A stretch of DNA of 64,000 nucleotides from Eubacterium sp. CAG:180. Lineage in GTDB: Bacteria > Bacillota > Clostridia > Oscillospirales > CAG-272. The number at the start of each line of letters is the position of its first letter. Position 1 is the first letter of the stretch. The stretch is from contig CAVGEJ010000002.1 of assembly GCA_963628215.1 (NCBI GenBank), forward strand, positions 4,620 to 68,619, in the 5' to 3' direction. The notes under the pieces are model-generated. The model ran no database searches, had not been told where the DNA came from, and was given only the letters and a program-made list of their open reading frames with translations. Below, piece after piece: positions 28,358 through 38,974 of the stretch. The position numbers and the translations under genes are program-made.

Positions 28358-29383
28358 TTATTCCATCGGTTCAAGGCGGGATTCCGACAGGCGCGCGTCC
28401 TCCCCAACCGAACCGATCACAGTTCCGTACTCCTTTTCCAACCGCGCAAGGTTTCGTCTCCCTTGCCCGACCGTTTGCGAGATCCGCCCCGCAGGCACGG
28501 TCAGCGCAACGCGCCGCCCGACCAATCCGGTCGCCGTCACGGCGCACGCCAGTTCACGGTAGCGAACCTCGCCAAGCACCAGTTCGCCGAGCGCCGGGTG
28601 ATTCGGTCCTGCCACAGCACAGCGCGGGTCGGTCAACTCTTCCGAGGCGCACAGCCCGATGCGCAGGCAGCGCACACCGCCCGCATTCAGAATTTCATAA
28701 GCGTCGGCGGAACGCGCCACGGCTTCGTCAAGCGACAGCGGGCGATACGTCCCCTGCGCGGTCATGGCTTCCAATTGCGTTCCCGCAAAAACGACCGTCG
28801 GATAAATTCTCGCCGCCTCTGCGCCGAACGCCACAAGATCGCGCGCGGTTTGCTTTTCGCGTTCCGCGTCCGACAGCGGCAGACCGATCATCATCTGTCC
28901 CACCAATTCAAAGCCCGCCTCGCGCACCAATCGGCAGGCGCGTTCGGAAACGGCGGCGGTATGTCCCCGCCCCGACGCCGCGAGAACCGCGTCGGAAGTG
29001 CTCTGAATGCCCAGTTCCACCGTCCGCACGTGGTAGCGGGACAGAATCTCCAACACCTCGCGGTCGATGAAATCGGGTCTGGTTGAAAGACGGACGGAGG
29101 ACACCCGCCCGCTCCGCACAAATCCCGCCGCCGTTTCCAACAGGCGGAGCATCAGCCCGCGGTCAATGCCCGTAAAAGAGCCGCCGAAAAAGGCGATCTG
29201 GCAGTCGCAGTCCTGCGGAATCGTGACAAGCGCCCGTTCGATGAGAACAGGAACTGCCGCTTCGTCAAATTCCGCGCATCCCGAAATGGTTCTCTGGTTG
29301 CAGAACACGCAGGCGTGCGGGCATCCGAGGTGCGGGATGAACACGGGAATGCTTCGGTGTCCTCGCGTTTTTGCGGTCAGCAT
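28358..29383 (-). CDS. radical SAM protein (ELP3-like family)
   Basis: 341 aa. IPHLGCPHACVFCNQ CxxxCxxC cluster. Sits between rnc and smc. Confidence 0.8.
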   Translation of the reverse strand: MLTAKTRGHRSIPVFIPHLGCPHACVFCNQRTISGCAEFDEAAVPVLIERALVTIPQDCDCQIAFFGGSFTGIDRGLMLRLLETAAGFVRSGRVSSVRLSTRPDFIDREVLEILSRYHVRTVELGIQSTSDAVLAASGRGHTAAVSERACRLVREAGFELVGQMMIGLPLSDAEREKQTARDLVAFGAEAARIYPTVVFAGTQLEAMTAQGTYRPLSLDEAVARSADAYEILNAGGVRCLRIGLCASEELTDPRCAVAGPNHPALGELVLGEVRYRELACAVTATGLVGRRVALTVPAGRISQTVGQGRRNLARLEKEYGTVIGSVGEDARLSESRLEPME

Positions 29384-30087
29384 TCCACGCCGAACAGCTT
29401 CAGGGCATCTGCGGCGGCATGCTGTTCCGCCGACCGCTTGGAAGATCCGCTCCCCCGCCCGATGCGATTGGAGTCGAGATACAACTCCACTTCAAAATGT
29501 TTGTCATGGTCGGGACCCGTTTCGCTGACCACGCGATATTCGAGCCGTTGTGGTCCGTCCATCTGCAAAAAGCGCAGGAGCGCGGTTTTCGGGTCAGTCC
29601 CGCCTCCGGGAGGAAGCGTGTCCACCGTCCACCGAATGAACGGGAGCAGGAATTCCCGCACACGGGTCAGTCCGTCCTCGCCCGCGTCAAGATAGATCGC
29701 CGCCAACAGGGCTTCGAATGCGTCGGCAAGCAGGGCGGGATTGTTCGCGCCGCCGCTGTTGAGCACGCCGCGCCCCAATCGGAGATACTCCCGCAGACCG
29801 ATCTTTTCCGCGTAGGAGGCAAGCGCCCCTTCGCAGACCGCCGCCGCGCGGATTCTCGTCAGGTCACCCTCCGTTCCGTTCGGAAAACGGTGATAGAGGT
29901 ATTCCCCCGTCAGAACCGACAGCACCGCGTCGCCGAGGAACTCCAACCGCTCGTTGCAAAGCAGGTGGTGGTTCTTCGCGCCCGTCTCGTTTGCATAGGA
30001 GGAATGCGTAACCGCACGCAACAGCAAATCCGGGTCGCGAAACCGATATCCGATTTTCTCCTGTAACTGCAAGGTATCCGTAAACAC
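29377..30087 (-). CDS. rnc: ribonuclease III
   Basis: 236 aa. NERLEFLGDAVL signature plus a C-terminal dsRBD. The GTG start at 30087 lies very close to AAGGAGG, so the exact start is uncertain. Confidence 0.92.
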   Translation of the reverse strand: MFTDTLQLQEKIGYRFRDPDLLLRAVTHSSYANETGAKNHHLLCNERLEFLGDAVLSVLTGEYLYHRFPNGTEGDLTRIRAAAVCEGALASYAEKIGLREYLRLGRGVLNSGGANNPALLADAFEALLAAIYLDAGEDGLTRVREFLLPFIRWTVDTLPPGGGTDPKTALLRFLQMDGPQRLEYRVVSETGPDHDKHFEVELYLDSNRIGRGSGSSKRSAEQHAAADALKLFGVEC

Positions 30088-30135
30088 TCCTCCTTTCTAA
30101 GGCTAAGAATGAGACCTCGGGCGTTGCCCAAGGGC

Positions 30136-31170
30136 TTACTCCCCTGTCTTTTCCTTTTCCCGTTCGGCGCGCTTCCGCTCGGCGAAGGCGCGGGCACTGT
30201 CGGCGAGGTCGTAGATCGCCTCGGAGCGCTTGTAATCCATTGCCTGACGGATCGCGTTCATAATCGCGCGGTCATCGGACGAACCGTGCGCCTTGATAAC
30301 CGGTTTGGAAATGCCGAGAATCGGCGCGCCGCCGCGCTCGGACGGGTCGTATTCCTTTTTCATCTCGTACAAAGGCTTTTTCAGAGCCAGCGCCGCCAGT
30401 TTTGCGGGCGTGGAACTCATGAAAACGCCCTTCACCCGCTTGAGCAGGAATTTTCCGACGCCCTCCACGCTCTTGAGATAGATGTTCCCCGTAAAACCGT
30501 CCGCCACCAGAACGTCGCAGACGTCAAACGGCGCAGTTCCGCCCTCCACGTTTCCGACGAAGTTGATCTCTTCATTCGCGGAAAGCAGACGGTATGCCGC
30601 CTGTTGCAACTCCGTGCCCTTGCACGCTTCTGTTCCGTTGTTGAGAAGTCCCACGCGCGGGCGCGCAATGCCGTACATCTTCCGCATATACGCCGACCCC
30701 ATCGCGCCGAACTGCTCCAGATTTTCCGGCGTGACCGTCACGTTCGCCCCCGTGTCGAGAAGCAACACGGGATTCTGGAACGGCAGAACCGTCCCGATTC
30801 CCGCCCGCAGAATGCCCTTGACCTTGCGGACAATCAACGTCGCGCCCGTAAAGAGCGCGCCCGTGTTGCCCGAGGAAACGAACGCGTCGCCCTTTCCCTC
30901 GGCAAGCATCCGCAGTCCCACCGCCATCGAGCTGTCCCCTTTGGCGCGAACCACCGACAGCGGGTCGTCCTCCATCGTCATGTACGATTCGGTGTGCACG
31001 ATGTCAAAACGGCGGATATCCAGTCTCGCTTCCGCCGCGATCCGCTCGATCTGCCGACGGTCGCCGACCATGATATAGGTCGCATGCCACTGCTCCGCCG
31101 CCATGCAAACGCCTCTGACAGCGGCTTCCGGGCAGTTATCTCCGCCCATTACATCAACAATTATTCTCAT
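30136..31170 (-). CDS. plsX: phosphate acyltransferase PlsX
   Basis: 344 aa. MRIIVDVMGGDN N-terminus and PlsX family throughout. Confidence 0.93.
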   Translation of the reverse strand: MRIIVDVMGGDNCPEAAVRGVCMAAEQWHATYIMVGDRRQIERIAAEARLDIRRFDIVHTESYMTMEDDPLSVVRAKGDSSMAVGLRMLAEGKGDAFVSSGNTGALFTGATLIVRKVKGILRAGIGTVLPFQNPVLLLDTGANVTVTPENLEQFGAMGSAYMRKMYGIARPRVGLLNNGTEACKGTELQQAAYRLLSANEEINFVGNVEGGTAPFDVCDVLVADGFTGNIYLKSVEGVGKFLLKRVKGVFMSSTPAKLAALALKKPLYEMKKEYDPSERGGAPILGISKPVIKAHGSSDDRAIMNAIRQAMDYKRSEAIYDLADSARAFAERKRAEREKEKTGE

Positions 31171-31182
31171 AGGCTCGGTCCT

Positions 31183-32508
31183 TTATATACAGTGCGTTTG
31201 TGCGAGCGCCGCAAGCGCCCGCTCCGCTAATTTCTCGTTTCTTGCCGACTTGCCGCCCTTGACCCTTGCGTCAAGCGGTCTGACGATTCCGAAGTTGGCG
31301 TTCATCGGAACAAATTTTCCGATTCCGCCGCGGCTGACATATGCCGCCATCGCGCCAAGCATCGTTTCCTCGGGGAATACCAAAGCCGTCTCCCCCCGGG
31401 CGCGCCGCGCCGCGTTGATTCCCGCGACCAGACCGCTTCCCGCCGACTCCACATAGCCTTCCACGCCGGTCATCTGTCCCGCGAAAAAGACGTCGGGGCG
31501 GGTTTCCATCGCGTAGGTCGGGGTCAGAAGCCCCGGAGAATTGAGGTAGGTGTTGCGGTGCATCACGCCGTAGCGCAGGAATTCCGCGTTTTCCAGTCCC
31601 GGAATCATGCGGAACACCCGCCGCTGTTCGGGAAAGGTCAGGTGGGTCTGGAAGCCGACCAGATTGAACATCGTTCCCGCTTCGTTCTCCTTGCGGAGTT
31701 GCACCACCGCATATGCCTCTTTGCCGGTTCTCGGGTCGGGAAGCCCCACGGGCTTCATCGGTCCGAAACGCAGGGTGTCGTACCCCCGCCTTGCCATGAC
31801 TTCAACCGGCATACAGCCTTCAAAAACCGTAATTTCCTTTTGCGATTCGCGGTCGAACTCCTTCAGCGCCGCTTCCTCAGCCGAGGTCAGCGCCTGCCAG
31901 AATGCGTCGTACTGCTCGCGCGACATCGGGCAGTTGAGGTAGTCCGCGTCGCCCTTGCCGTAGCGGGACGCGAAGAACGCAATCCCGGTGTCCACCGACG
32001 CGAAATCCACAATCGGCGCTGCCGCGTCAAAGAAATGCAGACTGCCGCACCCGAGGTCCTGCGCGATATAGTCCGCCATCGCGTCGGAGGTCAGCGGTCC
32101 TGTTGCAATCACGGTCACGCCGTCGGGCGCGACCCCGGTCGCCTCGCGTTCCTCCACGGTGATCTGCGGGCAGGAACGGATTTTCTCGGTAATATAGCGC
32201 GAAAACTTCTCTCTGTCAACCGCAAGCGCCGATCCCGCCGGAACGCGCGTTGCGTCCGCCGCTTCCATGATGAGCGACCCGCACCGCCGCAGTTCCTCCT
32301 TGAGCAGTCCCACCGCGTTGGAGAGACTGTCCGAGCGGAGCGAATTGGAGCAGACCAGTTCCGCAAACTCCGCCGTGTGGTGCGCGGGCGTCATTTTCTG
32401 CGGCTTCATTTCAACCAGACGAACCTTCTCCGCTCCCGCGCGCACCGCCTGCCATGCCGCTTCACAGCCCGCAAGCCCCGCGCCGAGAATTGTCACATCG
32501 CGCGTCAT
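31183..32508 (-). CDS. trmFO: methylenetetrahydrofolate--tRNA-(uracil-5-)-methyltransferase
   Basis: 441 aa. [19 protein letters not shown] motif and TrmFO/Gid family body. Confidence 0.93.
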   Translation of the reverse strand: MTRDVTILGAGLAGCEAAWQAVRAGAEKVRLVEMKPQKMTPAHHTAEFAELVCSNSLRSDSLSNAVGLLKEELRRCGSLIMEAADATRVPAGSALAVDREKFSRYITEKIRSCPQITVEEREATGVAPDGVTVIATGPLTSDAMADYIAQDLGCGSLHFFDAAAPIVDFASVDTGIAFFASRYGKGDADYLNCPMSREQYDAFWQALTSAEEAALKEFDRESQKEITVFEGCMPVEVMARRGYDTLRFGPMKPVGLPDPRTGKEAYAVVQLRKENEAGTMFNLVGFQTHLTFPEQRRVFRMIPGLENAEFLRYGVMHRNTYLNSPGLLTPTYAMETRPDVFFAGQMTGVEGYVESAGSGLVAGINAARRARGETALVFPEETMLGAMAAYVSRGGIGKFVPMNANFGIVRPLDARVKGGKSARNEKLAERALAALAQTHCI

Positions 32509-34805
32509 GATTCCTCTTTTTCCTCCGAGGTCTCCCCTTCGGGAAGCTCACGGCTGTAACCGCAATCCTTGTTGTGGCAGACCAACAGGTTCTTGCCCTT
32601 CTTGCGGAAGAGCAGTCCGCCGCATTGCGGGCATTTCTCGTTCACGGGCATATCCCACGACGAGAAATCGCATTCGGGATAGCGCTCGCAGCTGTAAAAC
32701 ACCGTATGATTCTTGCCGAATTTGGTCACAATCTTCGCGCCGCACAACGGGCAGGCAATGCCCGTATCGCGAACCCGCGGCTTGGTGAATTTGCACTCCG
32801 GATACCGACTGCATGCCCAGAAACTGCCGTATCTGCCCGAACGCAGGATCATCGGCGCGCCGCATTTCTCGCACTTCATGTCGGTCTCAACCGCTTCCTT
32901 TTTGTCCTCTTCCGCGGTCTTTTCCTCGCCGTTTGCCGTCAGCGGCTTGGTGTTACGGCAGGTGGGATAGTTCGGGCAGGCGGCAAACTTGCCGAAGCGC
33001 CCGTTGCGGATAACCATTCTGCTCCCGCATTTTTCGCAAATGATGTCGGTCTCCTCGGGCGGAACTTCAATGCTGTTCTGCCCGATGGTTTCCTCGGCAT
33101 GTTCCAGTTCCTTGGAGAAATCCGCCCAGAAGTTGCTCAGAACCGCCTGCATCGTCGCTTTTCCCGCTTCGATTTCGTCCAGTTCGTTTTCCATCTCCGC
33201 CGTAAAGCCGTAGTCCACGATATCCGCGAAATACTCCTTCATCAGCTTGTTCGTCACCTCGCCCAGCGGAGTCGGAACAAACGCCTTGCCCTCCCGCTTG
33301 ACATAGTTGCGGGACAGGATTGTGGTAATGATCGTTGCATAGGTACTCGGTCTGCCGAGTCCCTGCTCTTCCAGCATTTTGATGAGCGACGCGTCGTTGT
33401 AACGCACGGGCGGCTCGGTAAAGTGCTTGGCGGGAACTGCGTCGTCCGCGTCCATCAACTCGCCCTCCGAAAGATCAGGCAGACGGATGTTCTTAACCTC
33501 CGCCACATCGTCCGCCGCGCGCGCGGAATCCTCTTCGGTTTCCTCATAAACCGCCATATAGCCGGGGAACGCGACCGAATAGCCGCTGGTGCGAAAGATA
33601 TAGCCCGCACAGGTGAAGTCCACCGACACCGTATCCAGTACCGCCGATTCCATCTGGCTTGCGATGAAGCGCTCCCAGATCAGCTTGTAAAGTTTGTACT
33701 GGTCGTTCGAGAGCAGTTTGCGGATCTTGGTTGGCTCGAGATCCACTCTTGCGGGGCGGATGGCTTCGTGCGCGTCCTGCGCGCCCGCCTTGGTCTTGTA
33801 AATTCTCGGGGTCTCGGGATAGTATTTCTCGCCGTATTTGCCCGTGATAAAGGTCTTTGCCGCCTCCTGCGCGTCCGCCGAAACGCGGAGCGAGTCAGTA
33901 CGCATATAGGTAATCAGACCCTGCGTGCCGCCGAATTCCGTGCCGAGGTTCACGCCTTCGTACAGTTCCTGCGCCACTTTCATGATCTTCTGCGACTGGA
34001 AGCCCAGTTTCTTCGAAGCCTCCTGCTGCATGGTCGAGGTGGTGAACGGCGGCGCGGGCGCTTTATGCCGCGACGCGCGCTTGACCGACGAAACAGTATA
34101 CCGTTTCCCGTTGACCGCATTCACCACGGTCATGGCTTCCGCCTCGGAATTCAGCCGGACTTTCCCGGAAGCGTCCCCCCAGAAATGAACGGGAATCGTC
34201 TTGCCCGCCGTGTGCAGAACCGCGTCGATCGTCCAGTATTCGACCGGAACGAACGCGCGGATCTCTTCCTCGCGCTCCACAATGATGCGGGTTGCAACCG
34301 ACTGCACCCGTCCCGCGCTCAGACCGCTCTTGACATTCTTCCAGAGCAGCGGGCTGAGTTTGTAACCGACGATACGGTCGAGAATCCGACGGGTCTGCTG
34401 CGAGTTGACCAGATTCATGTCGATGGTTCTCGGCGCTTTGATTGCCGCCTTGACCGCCGTTTTGGTCACCTCGTTGAAGCAGATGCGTTGGGTCTGCTCC
34501 ACGGGAATGCCGAGCGTTGCCGCCAGATGCCACGAGATGGCTTCTCCCTCGCGGTCAGGGTCGGTTGCGAGAAAGACTTTGTTTGCCGCTTTCGCTTCCT
34601 TGCGGATTTCCTTGATAAGATCGCCTTTGCCGCGGATGCTGATATAATGCGCGTCAAAGCCGTTTTCGATATCCACGCCGAGCGAGCTTTTCGGTAAGTC
34701 TCTGACATGACCGATCGACGCGATGACTTTATAGTTACTGCCGAGATACCCCTTGATGGTCGTTGCCTTCGACGGGGACTCCACGATTACCAGATTACTT
34801 GCCAT
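32505..34805 (-). CDS. topA: DNA topoisomerase I with C-terminal zinc ribbons
   Basis: ATG at 34805 ([14 protein letters not shown]). TOPRIM plus Topo IA core. At least three CxxC...CxxC ribbons at the C-terminus. Confidence 0.96.
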   Translation of the reverse strand: MASNLVIVESPSKATTIKGYLGSNYKVIASIGHVRDLPKSSLGVDIENGFDAHYISIRGKGDLIKEIRKEAKAANKVFLATDPDREGEAISWHLAATLGIPVEQTQRICFNEVTKTAVKAAIKAPRTIDMNLVNSQQTRRILDRIVGYKLSPLLWKNVKSGLSAGRVQSVATRIIVEREEEIRAFVPVEYWTIDAVLHTAGKTIPVHFWGDASGKVRLNSEAEAMTVVNAVNGKRYTVSSVKRASRHKAPAPPFTTSTMQQEASKKLGFQSQKIMKVAQELYEGVNLGTEFGGTQGLITYMRTDSLRVSADAQEAAKTFITGKYGEKYYPETPRIYKTKAGAQDAHEAIRPARVDLEPTKIRKLLSNDQYKLYKLIWERFIASQMESAVLDTVSVDFTCAGYIFRTSGYSVAFPGYMAVYEETEEDSARAADDVAEVKNIRLPDLSEGELMDADDAVPAKHFTEPPVRYNDASLIKMLEEQGLGRPSTYATIITTILSRNYVKREGKAFVPTPLGEVTNKLMKEYFADIVDYGFTAEMENELDEIEAGKATMQAVLSNFWADFSKELEHAEETIGQNSIEVPPEETDIICEKCGSRMVIRNGRFGKFAACPNYPTCRNTKPLTANGEEKTAEEDKKEAVETDMKCEKCGAPMILRSGRYGSFWACSRYPECKFTKPRVRDTGIACPLCGAKIVTKFGKNHTVFYSCERYPECDFSSWDMPVNEKCPQCGGLLFRKKGKNLLVCHNKDCGYSRELPEGETSEEKEES

Positions 34806-34821
34806 GTTCTTTGTTTCCTTT

Positions 34822-36132
34822 TCAGATTTTTCGGTACAACCCGCCGGGTTGCTTTGCAACGCATCCGCGCAGTTCGAGCAGAGTCAACTCCGAGAGCGCC
34901 TGCCCATAGGAGACCTCCGCGTCCACCAGTTCGTCCAGCGAAACCGCTTTCCCCGCTTCCGCGAGTTTTGCCATCAGAAGTTTTCCGACGGCGGAAAGCC
35001 CCTCCGGCAGGTCTGTCTGCGGAATCGGCTTCCGGTTTGCCGCCTCGGGTTCGGTTTTCGCCGCCTCGCGCGGCTTTGGCTTTTCGGGAACGACCTTTGC
35101 GCGTGTGCCGATGGGTTCGGCGTCCGACGCGTCGTCCCGCCGCTTCAGAATCACCGTCCGACCGCCGAGCACACCGTACCGCTCGAGCGCGGCGGTGTCG
35201 ACTGCCGAATGCGCTTCCGCACGGCGGAGCAGATCCGGGCGCAAACGATCCGCGAACGAGTAGAGGTAACGGTTCAGAATGTCCTCGGTACAGGAGGCAA
35301 AATGCGCGCCGTCCCGCAACAGGCTCTCCGCGCCCGCTTCTCCGATTCCTTCAGCGCCCGACGGAATCGCAAAGACCTCTTTGCCCTGCAGAACCGCTTC
35401 CTTCGCGGTAATCAGCGACCCGCTCCCGAGTCCCGCTTCCACAACCACAACGCCTTGCGACAGCGCGCTGATGAGGCGGTTGCGAACCGGGAAATGGTAG
35501 GAAATCGGGCGCGATCCGGGCGGATATTCCGAGAGAAGCAATCCGTGCCGCCCGATTGCCGTCATCAGCGGTGCATGCTGGGTCGGATAGGCTCTGTCCA
35601 AGCCGCATCCGAGCACCGCAATCGGAAATCCGCCCGCTTCGAGCGTTGCCGCCGCGCAAACGCCGTCGATTCCCGCCGCCATGCCGCTGATAACCGTCAT
35701 GCCGACCGCCGACAGCTCATAGGCTATTTTATACGCGGTGCGCATTCCGTATGCACTCATTCTGCGCGTGCCGACCATCGCGATCCCGGGGATGCGGTCG
35801 AGTTTCGGAATCGTCCCCGCGCAATAGAGCAGAAGCGGCGGATTCTTGATCTCGCGCAACAGCTGTGGGTAAAGCGGCGAAGAAAAAGTCAGAATTCCGA
35901 TATTCATCTGCTCGCAGGTCTCTGCAATCCGCGTGGCTTCCCGCAGGTCTTTGTTCGACAGCGCAATTCTGACCCGCTCGGGAATGCAGGTCAGGCGGTC
36001 GAGTTCCTCCGCCGGAGCGGAAAAGATGTTGTACGGCGTATCGTACATTCCAAGCAGGGTTCGGAACTCCCCGTTCCCCGCGCCGAACGCTTCGGCAAGC
36101 CAGATCCAGAACAGGGATTCATCGCTTTTCAT
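34822..36132 (-). CDS. dprA: DNA processing protein DprA (Smf)
   Basis: 436 aa. Rossmann-like core (VISGMAAGIDG, VVVEAGLGSGSLITA) with a C-terminal winged-helix-like extension. Confidence 0.9.
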   Translation of the reverse strand: MKSDESLFWIWLAEAFGAGNGEFRTLLGMYDTPYNIFSAPAEELDRLTCIPERVRIALSNKDLREATRIAETCEQMNIGILTFSSPLYPQLLREIKNPPLLLYCAGTIPKLDRIPGIAMVGTRRMSAYGMRTAYKIAYELSAVGMTVISGMAAGIDGVCAAATLEAGGFPIAVLGCGLDRAYPTQHAPLMTAIGRHGLLLSEYPPGSRPISYHFPVRNRLISALSQGVVVVEAGLGSGSLITAKEAVLQGKEVFAIPSGAEGIGEAGAESLLRDGAHFASCTEDILNRYLYSFADRLRPDLLRRAEAHSAVDTAALERYGVLGGRTVILKRRDDASDAEPIGTRAKVVPEKPKPREAAKTEPEAANRKPIPQTDLPEGLSAVGKLLMAKLAEAGKAVSLDELVDAEVSYGQALSELTLLELRGCVAKQPGGLYRKI

Positions 36133-36136
36133 TCCG

Positions 36137-36988
36137 TTATGTCCTCCGTCCCGTTTTCTTTGCGAATTCCCACATCAGAACCGACGCGGCAACCGCGGCA
36201 TTCAAAGATTCCGCACGCCCGCTCATCGGAATGAACACCCGCTCGTCCGCCGCATCCAACACCGCCGCCGACAGCCCGTGTCCCTCGTTTCCGATGACCA
36301 CGCAGTCCCCCGCGCGCACATCGAATTCGCCCAGTCTCTGCGCCCGTTCGTCGAGCGCCGCCGCAAACACGCGCCTGCCGCTCGCCCGCAACTGCCCGAT
36401 CACCCCGCACAGATCACCCACGCGGTCAACCGTCTGACCGAACAGCGTTCCCATGGAGGCGCGAACCGCCTTTGCGTTGTAAACGTCGGCGCAGTCCTCG
36501 CTGAGAATCAGACGATCCACGCCGAACGCCGCCGCACTGCGGATGATCGCCCCCACGTTTGCGGGATCTCTGACCGATTCGAGCAGAACAACCGTTTCTC
36601 CCGCACCCGGAATTTTTCCGTCACTATATATTGTAGCGATTTTTTTGCATTTGTCAAGATATTTCGCAACACATATCACGCCCTCGGGCGATTTTTCTTC
36701 GGAAATTTTGTCAAACACCCCGTCCGACAGGGTCAGAACCCGATCCGCGCAGGCGGAAACAGACCGCCCGGTCTCCCGCGCAAGTCTCTCCCGAACGGTT
36801 TCCGCATTGCTTTCCCGCAGGAGCATCAGCGGCATGGAAAGCCCGTTTTCTACCGCTTCCGCCGCCAGTTTGACACCGTCAAAACGGAAGCAACCGCTCC
36901 CGTCGCGCGCCCGACGGTCGGTCAGTTTCCCGACCTCAACCACCGTCCGGTTCTGCCTGGATGTGATGACCTCTGAGGCTTCTTCCAT
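36137..36988 (-). CDS. TrmH/SpoU family RNA 2'-O-methyltransferase
   Basis: 283 aa. SpoU methylase motifs (DPANVGAIIRSAAAFG, VIGNEGHGL, IPMSGRAESLNAAVA). Confidence 0.8.
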   Translation of the reverse strand: MEEASEVITSRQNRTVVEVGKLTDRRARDGSGCFRFDGVKLAAEAVENGLSMPLMLLRESNAETVRERLARETGRSVSACADRVLTLSDGVFDKISEEKSPEGVICVAKYLDKCKKIATIYSDGKIPGAGETVVLLESVRDPANVGAIIRSAAAFGVDRLILSEDCADVYNAKAVRASMGTLFGQTVDRVGDLCGVIGQLRASGRRVFAAALDERAQRLGEFDVRAGDCVVIGNEGHGLSAAVLDAADERVFIPMSGRAESLNAAVAASVLMWEFAKKTGRRT

Positions 36989-37046
36989 GTTTTTCTCCCC
37001 CTTCCGACGTGATTTTCGGCTCTTTTCGAACCGCTCTATCTACGAC

Positions 37047-37074
37047 AAAAACCCGATGATATCATCGGGTTTTT
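37047..37074 (-). terminator. intrinsic terminator after rplT
   Basis: AAAAACCCGATGAT/ATCATCGGGTTTTT perfect palindrome flanked by A/T runs. Confidence 0.75.
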
Positions 37075-37087
37075 GTGTTGCAAAAGC

Positions 37088-37441
37088 TCAGAGAGCCGCT
37101 TTTGCCTGTGCGGCGAGTGCCGCGAACGCTTCCTTATCGGAAACCGCGATCTCAGCCAGCATCTTGCGGTTGAGGTCAACGCCCGCCTTCTTCAGACCGT
37201 GCATCAGCGTGGAGTAGTTCATGCCGTTCACCTTCGCCTCTGCGGAGATTCTGGTGATCCAGAGAGAACGGAAGTCTCTCTTCTTCATCTTTCTGCCCGC
37301 AAATGCGTAGTTGCCGCTCTTCATGACGGCTTCCTTCGCCATCTTGAAGTGCTTCGACTTTGCGCCCCAGTATCCCTTCGCCGCCTTCAGCGTTGCTTTT
37401 CTTCTCTTGCGCGTCATCAGCGCACCCTTGATTCTTGCCAT
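37088..37441 (-). CDS. rplT: 50S ribosomal protein L20
   Basis: 117 aa. [15 protein letters not shown] and [17 protein letters not shown]. Confidence 0.97.
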   Translation of the reverse strand: MARIKGALMTRKRRKATLKAAKGYWGAKSKHFKMAKEAVMKSGNYAFAGRKMKKRDFRSLWITRISAEAKVNGMNYSTLMHGLKKAGVDLNRKMLAEIAVSDKEAFAALAAQAKAAL

Positions 37442-37463
37442 TTTTCAATTCCTCCGTTTCGAC

Positions 37464-37655
37464 TTACTTAACCAATGCCTTGATGTTGTCCGCCATCTGT
37501 CCCTGCACCATCACGCTCGAGCGCAGATGTCTGATGCGCTTCGCGCTCTTCTGACCGGTCTTGTGCCGATGCGAGCTGTGGAACATTTTTACCTTGCCGT
37601 TAGCTGTAACGGAGAATCTTTTGGCAGAAGCCTTATGCGTCTTGATCTTTCCCAT
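37464..37655 (-). CDS. rpmI: 50S ribosomal protein L35
   Basis: ATG at 37655 after AAGGAG. MGKIKTHKASAKRF. Confidence 0.95.
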   Translation of the reverse strand: MGKIKTHKASAKRFSVTANGKVKMFHSSHRHKTGQKSAKRIRHLRSSVMVQGQMADNIKALVK

Positions 37656-37751
37656 TTTGAAAACTCCTTTTCTTCTGTTTCCGTCCCCGACGGAAGCTGA
37701 TTTCATACAATTCCGTGCCGCAGCACAGAGAGAATGAACATTCCGACTGTC

Positions 37752-38276
37752 TTATTTTGCCTTGACGGGCGAGATAATCATACTCAGAAACCGTCCGTCC
37801 TGCACCGGCGCTTTGTCAACCGTGCCATAGTCCGCGCAGGCAGCCTGAAATCTGCCCAGCACCTCGCGCCCGATTTCGGTATGGCTCATTTCGCGACCCT
37901 TGAACTTCATCACGACCCGAACCTTGTTCCCGTCTCCGAGAAAGCGTTGCGCGTGTCTGACCTTGGTCTCGAAGTCGTGCGTATCGATCCGGCAGGAAAG
38001 CTGAATTTCCTTCAGTTCCACCGTCGCCTGCTTCTTCCGCGCTTCCTTTTCGCGCTTGTCGCGCTCGAAGCAGAACTTTCCGTAGTCCATGATTTTACAC
38101 ACGGGCGGGACAGCCTGAGCAGACATCATGACCAGATCCATGCCGCGGTCGTAAGCCTGTTCGAGAGCGCGCGACGCACTCATGATACCAAGCGTTTCTC
38201 CGGCAGGACCGATCAGACGGACTTCCTTCGCAGTGATCTCCTCGTTGAGCAGGGTCTCTTTTTCTTTCGCGCTAAT
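37752..38276 (-). CDS. infC: translation initiation factor IF-3 (ATT start codon)
   Basis: IF-3 N- and C-domains (EEITAKEVRLIGPAGETLGI, KIMDYGKF). ATT at 38274-38276 lies 9 nt after GGAGG. There is no in-frame ATG or GTG at the expected N-terminus. Confidence 0.93.
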   Translation of the reverse strand: MSAKEKETLLNEEITAKEVRLIGPAGETLGIMSASRALEQAYDRGMDLVMMSAQAVPPVCKIMDYGKFCFERDKREKEARKKQATVELKEIQLSCRIDTHDFETKVRHAQRFLGDGNKVRVVMKFKGREMSHTEIGREVLGRFQAACADYGTVDKAPVQDGRFLSMIISPVKAK

Positions 38277-38290
38277 GGTGCAACACCTCC

Positions 38291-38420
38291 ATGCAAAAAA
38301 TAAGCCGTACAAAGACCGGAGTCTCCGCACGGACTTCTCCCGCACACTGCGGGAAATGCACCTATCAACCCACGGTCACAACCGATGCCGGGGTGAGAGC
38401 GGAGCGCTCTACTTTGTTTT
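38291..38420 (-). promoter_or_regulatory. structured 5' leader of infC-rpmI-rplT (candidate L20-responsive attenuator)
   Basis: About 130-nt leader with hairpin CCCGCAGTGTGCGGG and a stem (CGGAG-A-CTCCG core, CCGT...ACGG outer) followed by CTTATTTTTT just before the infC SD. Confidence 0.45.
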
Positions 38421-38428
38421 ACCCGTAT

Positions 38429-38457
38429 ATCATACCACACAACCGCCCGTTTGTCAA
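38429..38457 (-). promoter_or_regulatory. sigma-A promoter of the infC operon
   Basis: TTGACA (38452-38457), 17 nt, TATGAT (38429-38434) with TGg extended -10, read on the minus strand. Confidence 0.65.
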
Positions 38458-38678
38458 GAGGTTTTCGAAAAAAACTCCGATTTTTCTTTTTCCGCCCTTC
38501 CCCTCGTTTCTTCAACAATCCTGATTTTTCCTTTTCTTGCATTTTCGGGGATTCTTGGTGGGTACGACACGGATGTCTATCGGGAAAAGCAACAAAAAAT
38601 CGCACCGAAACGGTCGGAAAATTCTCCCATGTATGCTTTTACACAAAAATTCGTGCTGAAGTTTGTCAGAATTCCTAA

Positions 38679-38707
38679 TTTACAAAACGGTCGGTTTGCG
38701 GTATAAT
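38679..38707 (+). promoter_or_regulatory. sigma-A type promoter with no ORF behind it
   Basis: TTTACA (38679-38684), 17 nt, TATAAT (38702-38707). Confidence 0.55.
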
Positions 38708-38714
38708 AGTTATG

Positions 38715-38832
38715 CTGTCGGCAATAGCCGGCAGGTTCCCTTTGTTGCACACTGCAAACTCCGTTTTCTGCGAAATGTCAAGCTTATGACATCCCTGCGC
38801 GGATTCGGTTCGTCGGTGTGCAATTTTATTTT
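38715..38832 (+). ncRNA. candidate ~118-nt small RNA (promoter-to-terminator unit), family unknown
   Basis: Starts about 7 nt after the TATAAT. Hairpin CTGTCGGC-AATA-GCCGGCAG, hairpin ATGTCA/TGACAT, and closing stem TTGCACAC (38745-38752) with GTGTGCAA (38816-38823) followed by TTTTATTTT. Confidence 0.3.
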
Positions 38833-38974
38833 CTCATTTTCCATCAGGATTCAGTTTCCGGCAGAAGAAAAAGTTGCGTTTGCACGGACTTTTTTCGCCA
38901 AACCTATGGAAATCCGGAGGAAATTGTGGTATAATACTATATAATTGATGTTAAGTTACCCGAAAGGATGCGAA

